Made by a program: the position numbers and the translations under genes | The notes under the pieces: generated by a model | The model's input: only the letters and a program-made list of their open reading frames with translations | Databases searched by the model: none | What the model was told of the DNA's origin: nothing | From: an uncultured Verrucomicrobiae bacterium | GTDB lineage: Bacteria; Verrucomicrobiota; Verrucomicrobiia; Limisphaerales; JAFGQR01 | NCBI GenBank assembly: GCA_963788655.1 | Contig: CAWBHS010000016.1 | Location: forward strand, 1-20,356 | Length of the DNA stretch: 20,356 bases | Direction of reading: 5' to 3' | Shown here: piece after piece, positions 8,101-15,412 of the stretch | Position numbering within the stretch: the first letter of the stretch is position 1 | Layout of the letters: each line of letters opens with the position of its first letter

Positions 8101-11100
8101 CCTGCGCTCGATTGTCGATGATGGCGCGGTCTTTTATCTCAACGGCGTGGAAATTCTACGCCAGGGCATGCCCGCCGGACTCATCACGTATGAAACGTCC
8201 GCCAGCGCGGCCGTGGGAGATGCGGGTTTTGTCGAAACGCTCGACTTGCCCGCCGACGTGCTCGTGTTGGGAGTGAATGTACTGGCGGTGGAAGTGCACC
8301 AGGCCACGGCGCCGACGGCGATCGACGGCATCGTGCTCAATGGGGGTGGACTGACGCTGGTCGAAGAGGGGCCTTTTGACGGCACGCCGCCGATGAACCT
8401 GGCCCGGCAGCCGGGCGCGGCACCCTTCGTGATTGATTCGTTGGCCGGCTATCCCAATCACAATTTCGTCGGCCTCACCGACGGAGTGTACGGCAACGGC
8501 AACAGTTGGATCGGCAACTCCGGCAATCCGGGCTTTGCGGGGGTGAGCTTCGGCGGGTTGTTTACCATCAGCGGCCTGGCGTTTGGCCGCGACAATCTGG
8601 GCGCTTATACGGATCGGGCCCTGGGCGTTTACACGCTGCAATATACGCGCGTTGCGTCGCCCGGTACCGGCACCAGTTTTACCGGTAATCCCGACACGGG
8701 TTGGGCCACCATTGGCACCCTCAACTATCAGCGCGCGGGGGGTGGCTTGTTTGCCAATCCGTCGCGGCGGCATCGATTCAAGTTCGATCCGGTGGACGCG
8801 ACCGGAATTCGCTTGTTGGTTCCCGGTACGGGTATCGGCGGTGGTACCTGCATTGATGAACTCGAAGTGAATCCGCCGGACACCTCGGGCGACGTGGCTT
8901 TTGGCGCGCAGCTCGCCCTAACCACCACCCTGGTGCCGGCCGAACCGTTCCGCGCGTCCGACGAAGAATGGATCGAACTTTACAACCGCGGTGCCGACGC
9001 CATCGACCTAAGCCAGTGGAGTCTTGCCGGGACGGTTGATTTCCTTTTCCCGACGGGCGTGGTAGTGGCCCCGGATGGTTATCTGGTGATTGCCCGGGAC
9101 GCGATTACCCTGCGCGCCAAGTGGCCGGAGGTCGCCGCCCAAATTATCGGGGATTTCTCCGGCCGGCTTCATGATGGGGATACACTCATGCTCCAGGACG
9201 CGGTGGGGAATGCCGTCGATCGGATTAGAATTCACGAACGCGGCTTCAGCGACGGCGGCGGGTCCAGCGTGGAATTGATCGATCCTCGGGCTGACAACGC
9301 GCAGGCCGACGCCTGGCGTGGCAGCGATGAAAGTTCGCATAGCGAGTGGCAGACCGTCGTGTATCGTATGATTGCCGGGCAACGGTTCGGCTCGAGTTTA
9401 TGGAACGAGTTTCGTTTCGGTCTGCTCGATTCCGGAGAGGTCCTGGTGGACGACGTAAGCGTGGTGCAGGATCCCGACGGGAGCGCGCAACAATTGATTC
9501 AGAATGGTGGCTTCGAAACCACCACTGGCAATGTCCACTGGCGCTGGTTGGGTTCCCACCAGGAAAGCCGGATCATCACCGATCCGGACAATCCGGCGAA
9601 CAACGTCCTGGAGATTTCCGCCAGCGCACCGGCGCGGAGCAGCCACAATCACGTCGAAACGTCGTTTCTGGCCAACACCCCATTAGTCGATGGCCAGGAA
9701 TACGAAGTGAGTTTCCGGGCCCGTTGGTTGAGGGGATCGTCGCTGATCCACTCCAGCGCGTATCATCAACGCCTGGCCCGCGCCACGGCGCTTAAGCTCC
9801 CGTCGCGCCTGGGCACCCCAGGGGCGCCCAATTCAACACGAATCCCAAACGCCGGGCCCACATTCGAGGGATTGGCTCACGTCCCTGTGATTCCGCAGCC
9901 TAACGAGCCGGTGACCGTTTCCGTGCGCATTGACGATCCCGACCAGGTCGGATCGGCAACGCTTTATTACCGGGTGAATCCAACCCTTGCGTTTACCAGC
10001 ATTCCCATGGTGGCGCAATCGAGCGGTGCCTGGGAAGGCACCATTCCCGGCCAGGCCATCGGCAAGGTCGTGCAGTTTTACGTGGTCGCCGAAGACGGAT
10101 TGGGGGCGACCACCTTTGCTCCCAGCGGGGGACCGGACTCGCGCGCCTTGTATCAAGTGGTCGATACGCAAGGCACCGCCCTTTCCGCACACGAGTTGCG
10201 TCTTATCCAACTGGATACCGATCGGGATTTCATGCTGATGCCGACCAACGTCATCAGCCAGGGGCGCGTTGGCGGTACTGTGATCTACGATGAATCGGAG
10301 GTCTTCTACGATGTGGGCGTGCGCTTGCGCGGCACGGCCGCGAGCCGGGCGCGCGACGGCGACGCATACATCAGCTTTAACATCCAATTTCCGTCCACCC
10401 ACCTCTTCCGGGGCGTGCATGGCAGCGTTGGCATTGATCGCGCCGGCCGCGCTCCCGTCGTGGGTCACCAGGATGAAATCTACATCCTGCACATGTTCGA
10501 ACGGGCGGGCCTCCCCGTACACCACACTGACCTTTGTTACTTCATTTCACCTCAAACGCTCTACACGGGAACCGCCATCCTGCAACTGGGCGGCTACGAC
10601 GGCACCTTTGTGGACGAGCAGTACGGGGTGGATGGTTCCACTTTCAATTTCGACATCACGTATGAGCCCAGTGCCACGGTGGACGGTGATTTCGAAGGTA
10701 TCAAACTCCCGGTCCCCCTCCAGCCTCACATCCTCACCGACATGCAGGATTTGGGAGACGACAAGGAACAATACCGCGTTCCCTTCAGCCTGCGGACGGG
10801 GGAACGGCGGGACGATTTTACCGGGATTATGCGGCTCTGCAAAGCGATGGGAGCGCCGCAACCGCAGTTTGACGCGGACATCGGTTCAGCCCTGGACGTG
10901 GAGGAGGCGCTGCGGGTTACCGCGCTGACCATTCTTTGCGGGATTGGCGACATTTACTTCAGCGCCACCCCGGCTCTGCCCCACAACTGCCGTATTTATA
11001 CACCGGCCGACGGCGGGGCCGCCCAATTTCTGCCTTGGGACATGGACTTCGTTTTCACCCAAAGCGCCACTGCCTCCATCTTCCCGACTTCGACGTACAA

Positions 11101-12265
11101 CATCAGCAAGTTCATGAACAATCCCGCCACGCGCCGTTTCTATCTGAGCCAGGTTCAGGAACTGCTCGACACCGTTTTCAACCCGACTTACATGACTCCC
11201 TGGTTGGAGCGCTATGGCAACGTGGTGGGACAGGACTACTCCAGCGCGTCCGCCTACATCACGAGCCGGTCCAACTCGGCGCGCAGCCAACTGCCGGCGG
11301 AGGTGCCGTTTGACATCACGTCGAATAGCGGCGAGGACTTCGCCGCCGAAACAAACTACGTCATGCTAACGGGTAATGGCTGGCTGGACATCCGGGAGAT
11401 CGAGGTGAACGACGTTCCCTACCCGGTGAACTGGACGGGCGACACCGCCTGGTCGTTGAAGGTTCCGCTGGCCGAGGGGGCGAACCTGCTCCGGGTGCAG
11501 GCGGTGGATTTGACCGGCAACCGCCGAACGGATCTGGTGGATACCATCACCGTCACCAATTCGGCGCCGGCCGCGCTGCGACCGGTGGTCATCAATGAAT
11601 GGATGGCCGACAATGCCGGTCCCGGAGGAATGGCGGACCCGGTCGATGGGCTGTTCCAGGACTGGTTCGAACTCTTCAATCCGAACGCAACCTCCGTGGA
11701 CCTGAGCGGTTACTACCTTACCGACGATCTCGCGCAACCCACCAAATGGGCCATCCCCACCAACACGATCATCGCCGGACGCGGCTTTTTGCTGGTGTGG
11801 GCTGACGAGGATGGCTCGCAGAATTCACCGACAAATGCCGACCTGCACGCGAACTTCAAACTCAGCACCGGCGGCGAGGCCTTGGGATTGTTCGCGCCGG
11901 ACGGTTATTCTCCCCAGCATGCGATCGTCTTCGGGCCACAATCCGAAAACGTCAGCCAGGGGTTGTTCCCGGACGGTGCGGTCGGCTCGATCCACTTCAT
12001 GACCAACTGGACGCCGCGGGCTTCGAATCGACTGGACTTGCCCGCGGCGCCGGAAATTACGGCGTTCGTAGTTGAGGCTGGGACGATGACACTTACGTTC
12101 AGCGCCGTCCCCGGCCGCAGCTACCGCTTGGAATACAAAGAGGATCTCAATACACCAGTCTGGACTCCGGTGGGAAACACATGGGTGGCTGCCAGCGCCA
12201 TCCTCACCCTGAACGAACAAATTGAACCAGGGCCCCAGCGATTTTTCCGTGTGCGAATGGAATAA
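5183..12265 (+). CDS. Giant exported lamin-tail-domain / CotH-family kinase protein (~2360 aa) with three carbohydrate-binding-like beta-sandwiches and two discoidin-like inserts
   Basis: ATG5183 overlaps the rhaT stop (ATGA), is in frame with ORF 5069..12265 and gives a signal peptide (..LFFRLSVLFCGLPLIAWA). Four LTD starts: VVFNEIMYHP ~5275, FVFNELS ~7433, LVINEIMYHY ~7799, VVINEWMADN ~11585. Three W-R-[HFY]..YYFR..DDG..YLNGxE..NVLAVE[VL]HQ sandwiches start at ~5774, 6317 and 7871. CotH-like region ~10190-11290 (VGVRLRG, GIGDIY..HNCRIY, LPWDMDF). Ends QRFFRVRME. Confidence 0.85.
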   Translation: MSCNQVKTNPLFFRLSVLFCGLPLIAWADSVVVFNEIMYHPATNEAACEWVELHNQNAVDVELSGWRLTGGIDYTFADGTILSGGGDLVVAISPANLRAAGVTNVVGPFTGRLANGGEVLNLRDLSGRLMDTLHYGTDGEWPVGPDGSGVSLAKRHPDLASSSAANWTVSRQMGGTPGVPNFPVVSESYVVVTTNLTLVPYGATWRHYSGDPGTGWNQVSFDDGDWEVDTGPLGYETNNLPLPLATALTLGETAYYFRTTFNYTNNPAEAALNVTHLVDDGLVVYLNGVEVLRTGMPEGEITPATLASRGVGDAALEGPFTLPTASLVGGMNVLAVEVHQTTTNSSDIVFGLRLNERQTVGVVTNAAGVPPLTGPTTNLVSLDGTWRFDDSGVDQGIAWRNLSYDDSAWGFGPGLFFVEEAPLPGPKNTPLTPGRNTYYFRHVFNFEGDPGTKLFDLRSLVDDGAIVYLNGAEIARLNMPTGTVSYATMASTAVPDASFTGPLSVASSNLVEGQNVLAVELHQSTSTSNPGLRVLTAANYVATWDGADGDYFSEGSPALAPANAALASQGVEVFASSNPNLAVGLNDGHYGAEGAWNPAASDPAPFVVLRFNQILPISSIAWSRDNGDTAEAACGGTCMDRSLGNYTFQYTLAPDPAVVVASSSNPTNGWATIATVQHLSAEPGFSPYLRHRYDLSRISAEPILATGVRLRVSSSCSLDEIEINTPSLASFDAVFGLELTATDLLPPPPPFVFNELSQASATLFWLEIINAGDTPQDLAGVRVVGSGGGFAYEFPSLVLAPGGITVVPQAQLGFGAVAGDKLYLYAPGGFNLLDAVTVQATPQGRRPDGAGEWMIPNLPTPGGSNLVFLNEDLVINEIMYHYPPTDASPAVTSNLNVIAVNGNWRYEDSGTDLGTAWREPGYDDSSWPTGSGLLGVNNGSLPAPVGTTLAADRGTYYFRTRFDFNGGTNLSLSLRSIVDDGAVFYLNGVEILRQGMPAGLITYETSASAAVGDAGFVETLDLPADVLVLGVNVLAVEVHQATAPTAIDGIVLNGGGLTLVEEGPFDGTPPMNLARQPGAAPFVIDSLAGYPNHNFVGLTDGVYGNGNSWIGNSGNPGFAGVSFGGLFTISGLAFGRDNLGAYTDRALGVYTLQYTRVASPGTGTSFTGNPDTGWATIGTLNYQRAGGGLFANPSRRHRFKFDPVDATGIRLLVPGTGIGGGTCIDELEVNPPDTSGDVAFGAQLALTTTLVPAEPFRASDEEWIELYNRGADAIDLSQWSLAGTVDFLFPTGVVVAPDGYLVIARDAITLRAKWPEVAAQIIGDFSGRLHDGDTLMLQDAVGNAVDRIRIHERGFSDGGGSSVELIDPRADNAQADAWRGSDESSHSEWQTVVYRMIAGQRFGSSLWNEFRFGLLDSGEVLVDDVSVVQDPDGSAQQLIQNGGFETTTGNVHWRWLGSHQESRIITDPDNPANNVLEISASAPARSSHNHVETSFLANTPLVDGQEYEVSFRARWLRGSSLIHSSAYHQRLARATALKLPSRLGTPGAPNSTRIPNAGPTFEGLAHVPVIPQPNEPVTVSVRIDDPDQVGSATLYYRVNPTLAFTSIPMVAQSSGAWEGTIPGQAIGKVVQFYVVAEDGLGATTFAPSGGPDSRALYQVVDTQGTALSAHELRLIQLDTDRDFMLMPTNVISQGRVGGTVIYDESEVFYDVGVRLRGTAASRARDGDAYISFNIQFPSTHLFRGVHGSVGIDRAGRAPVVGHQDEIYILHMFERAGLPVHHTDLCYFISPQTLYTGTAILQLGGYDGTFVDEQYGVDGSTFNFDITYEPSATVDGDFEGIKLPVPLQPHILTDMQDLGDDKEQYRVPFSLRTGERRDDFTGIMRLCKAMGAPQPQFDADIGSALDVEEALRVTALTILCGIGDIYFSATPALPHNCRIYTPADGGAAQFLPWDMDFVFTQSATASIFPTSTYNISKFMNNPATRRFYLSQVQELLDTVFNPTYMTPWLERYGNVVGQDYSSASAYITSRSNSARSQLPAEVPFDITSNSGEDFAAETNYVMLTGNGWLDIREIEVNDVPYPVNWTGDTAWSLKVPLAEGANLLRVQAVDLTGNRRTDLVDTITVTNSAPAALRPVVINEWMADNAGPGGMADPVDGLFQDWFELFNPNATSVDLSGYYLTDDLAQPTKWAIPTNTIIAGRGFLLVWADEDGSQNSPTNADLHANFKLSTGGEALGLFAPDGYSPQHAIVFGPQSENVSQGLFPDGAVGSIHFMTNWTPRASNRLDLPAAPEITAFVVEAGTMTLTFSAVPGRSYRLEYKEDLNTPVWTPVGNTWVAASAILTLNEQIEPGPQRFFRVRME

Positions 12266-12286
12266 CGAACCATGTTCCCCAACCTA

Positions 12287-12307
12287 ACAACCCACAACCC
12301 ATAACCC
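12287..12307 (+). repeat. Three imperfect 7-bp tandem units (ACAACCC ACAACCC ATAACCC) in a G-poor intergenic spacer
   Basis: Read directly between stop 12265 and ATG 12319. Confidence 0.6.
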
Positions 12308-12318
12308 AAAGGTCATAT

Positions 12319-15265
12319 ATGCGTCAGAATAAACACTTGTTAAACTGTCGGTTCCCCGGCTCATGGCCAGGGCCTTTCCGGCGAATGACGAGTCTGGTCG
12401 TCGGTGCTTTAAACAATCGGATCAAGCCGGGCGTTATTTTCCTGTCCGCGCTCTGCCTCCTGGGGCTGGCTTTGCCCTCCACGGCGGGAACGCTCACCGT
12501 CCTGCACACTTGGACGATGGGCGACGCCGAGGGCGGTGTCGCGGGCGAACTCGCCGCGGCAACCCTGCTGGATACGAATGGCGGATTGAACCTGAGCCTG
12601 ACCGGCTCGCCGGTTTACGAATCGCTGGGTGACGGTCTCGGCGTGGACTTTGCCAACGTGGGCAGCGCCCACAACGTCCCCGCCACGGAGTATTACGCCA
12701 GCGCGGACGGTGATGTGAATCCAGGGGACACCGCCCACTGGGGCGTTGAAGCCATCGTGCGCATCGACTCATTGCCGGCCATACAACCAGGAACTCGCAG
12801 TAATCGAATTGGGCACCGGCACCGACAACAACGGCATTATCCTGCAAACGTTCGGCGACGGCGCGTGGGGCCTGCACCGGCCGAATGTGGCCATCACCGC
12901 CGATACCACTCCGGTGCTCGTCGGCCAGACCCAGCATGTGGCCGCCGTCCTTAACGGTGGCGCCTGGCAGTTGTGGGTGGATGGCACCCTGAGAGCCAGC
13001 TTCAACAACGCCGCCCAGGATCCGGGGGCTGGGATCCGCATCGGTGCCGGCAATGCAGGCACGGGCGACAACCGGGGCTTCGACGGCGTTATCGAAACCG
13101 TGCGCGTTTTCGAATACTCCGGCACCTTCGACATTCGAGATACCCTTTACAACGGCCCGGCCCGGCCGATAACTGACTTCATTGAGGTCTTGCCGAACGC
13201 GGATTTCTCCATCGCGTGGGATGGCAACGAAGGCAATTTCAGCACGCCGGATTCGCCTGCACCGGTTTTGGAGAATGACGCCTCGACCAGTCGGGGCGCC
13301 GTGGCGTTTGGGAGCAGCGAACTTGATTTTGGTGTCCATTATATTCCCAACGTCAACGATGGGTTTTATGGAAATGCGCATAGTTGGATGCCCGATTGGT
13401 CGGCCGTGCCGGATCCGATGCCGTTCATTGGAATCAATTTTGGCCGCCGGATCGCGTTGCGCAGCATTGCGTGGGGCCGCGACAACGGTGACACCGTCGA
13501 GACAGGTTGTGCTGGCGGCACCTGCACGGACCGCACCCTCGGGGTGTATGTGCTGCAAATAACCACCGTTCCTGATCCCGGCCTCAGCACCCCGGAAGTC
13601 TGTGGAATTAATCCTGAAGCCGGTTGGGTCACGATCGGCATGGTCAATTACAAGGACGAAGACCCGAACTATTTCACCGCTTATCTCCGGCATCGCTTCG
13701 ACGTCACTCAAGGCGGCAATCCCATCGCCGCTACCGGCCTGCGCATCCTGGTGCCGAACAATGAGATCGACATTGACGAAATCGAAGTCAACGCGAACCA
13801 AGCCATCGAACAGGAGGCGATCCAGATCGCCAGCGCCCCGGGATTGAGTATCACGTGGGACGGCAACGACGGACAGTTTAACGATCTCGCCGCCGGCGCC
13901 GCGTCCCCGCCCAATCGGGCGTTGGCCAGCGAAGGCACAACAGCATTCGGCAGCAGCCAGCTCGATTTGGGCGTTCATTTCATTACCAACGTCAACAATG
14001 GGCTCTATGGTAATTCGCAGAGTTGGATTCCCGATTTCACCGTCCCGGACCCGGATCCTTTTATCGGCCTGAGTTTCGGCGGCGAGGTGGGCATTACCAA
14101 CATTGCATGGAGCCGCGACAATGGCGACACCACGGAGACCGGTTGTGCCGGCGGCACGTGTGTTGACCGAGCCCTGGATAGTTACCGGTTGCAATACACT
14201 TTGGTCGGGACGCCCGACGCCACGACGCCCGATACGGGTGACGCCTTCACCGGTTGGGCTGACCTGGGCACCGTCACGTATGTCGGTGACGAGCCACCCT
14301 TCTTCACGTCCTACTTGCGTCACCGATTCGAGGTGTCGGAAGCGGGCGGCCCCGTCAACGCCACCGGGATTCGCATCAAAATCTCCAATCCCGGTACGGC
14401 CTTGGACGAAATCGAAGTCAACACGTCCATCGACGCGCCGCCGCCCCTGGGCCCGGTCGGCCTCAATCCGGCGTTTGGCTTCGAAATTGCCTGGGATGGC
14501 AACGAAGGACATTTCTTCGATCCGGCCGCCGGCGCTGCGGCTCCGTCCAATCGCGCGCTGGCGAGCGAGGGCACGACCGCCTTCGGCAGCAGCGAGCTTG
14601 ATTTGGGCGTTCATTTCAGTGCCAACGTCAACGACGGACTGTATGGTAACAACCACAGTTGGATTTCCGCCAACGGCGTGGGCGGCACCACCGATCCGGA
14701 TCCGTTTGTCGGTTTGAGTTTCGGCGAGACGGTGGCCATCACCAATATCGCCTGGAGCCGTGACAACGGCGACACCACCGAGCCGCCCTGCGGAGGTACA
14801 TGCACGGATCGCAGCCTGGGCGTTTACACCTTGCAGATCACGTCGGTGCCGATGCCCGACGCTGCCACCATCGATACCGGAGAGGCCTCCACCGGTTGGG
14901 CCACCCTTGGCACGATCGATTATCGCCGGAACGAACCGCCCGAATTCAGTTCTTACCTGCGGCATCGCTTCGAAGTTTCGACGGGCGGATTTCCCGTTGA
15001 AGCGACTGGTCTGCGCATCAAAGTGCCTGACGGGCTGGTTTCCATAGACGAAATCGAAGTGAACACCGCTGCGACTCGGCCGCTGCCGCAAGTGCGGACC
15101 GTCCTGGTCGAAGGCAGTCTGGTCATTTCCTGGACCGGCGGTGGCGGTCTGCTCACCGCAATCAGTTTGGAAGGCCCCTGGGAATGCGTCGGTGACGTCG
15201 TCTCCCCTTACACCGTGTCCATGGATGCGGGCAGCTCGGCGCGATTCTACCGGGTCGTGCGCTAA
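12319..15265 (+). CDS. Exported LamG/concanavalin-like protein with three tandem discoidin-like repeats and a C-terminal RFYRV tail; split by a 1-nt frameshift at ~12780
   Basis: ORF 12319 encodes a signal peptide (VIFLSALCLLGLALPSTA) and the first half of a LamG-like fold (..WGVEAIVRIDSLPA). ORF 12746 continues YNQELAVIELG..QHVAAVLNGGAWQLWVDG..IRIGAG..FDGVIETVRVF. Deleting one base in GGCCATAC (12777-12784) joins them into ~981 aa. Confidence 0.75.
13181..15064 (+). repeat. Three intragenic tandem repeats of ~200 aa (~13181-13792, 13820-14422, 14456-15064)
   Basis: Each unit has WDGN[ED]G, AFGSS.LD.GVH, VN[DN]G.YGN..SW, IAW[GS]RDNGDT.E..C(A)GGTC.DR.L, YLRHRF and DEIEVN. DNA similarity is visible (gatttgggcgttcatttca in units 2 and 3). 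Confidence 0.9.
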
Positions 15266-15293
15266 CGCGGCCCGCTGGCTATCTCTGCGCAAA

Positions 15294-15347
15294 ACGGGAG
15301 GGCGCACCGGCCGAACAGGCTTCCTGGTTGCCGGTGCGCTCCTCCGT
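15294..15347. other. Intergenic GC-rich stem-loop without a U-tract (mRNA stabiliser, REP-like element or atypical terminator)
   Basis: GCGCACCGGC (15302-15311) pairs perfectly with GCCGGTGCGC (15330-15339). It extends outward with G-U pairs and one mismatch to 15294/15347, and has an inner CAGG/CCTG stem. It lies about 30 nt after the 15265 stop. Confidence 0.55.
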
Positions 15348-15412
15348 CGCGGAGCACACATTTAGAAAACAGCGCTTGTCGTCCAACTCAAAACCCGAAA
15401 ATCTGTCCGCTC

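Noticed and set aside
12301..12307. Telomere-like TAACCC
   Set aside because: Single exact unit in a bacterial intergenic spacer; coincidental.
13181..15064. Long repeats considered as CRISPR, DGR template/variable repeats or mobile-element ends
   Set aside because: Units are ~630-nt in-frame coding domains with many synonymous differences. No spacers, reverse transcriptase, cas or transposase genes, and no adenine-specific divergence was evident.
12494..15361. 955-aa minus-strand ORF
   Set aside because: Antisense shadow of the repeat-containing plus-strand gene. Its internal repeats mirror the plus-strand units, its composition is R/G/V-rich with no motifs, and such shadows are expected with GC-rich codon bias.
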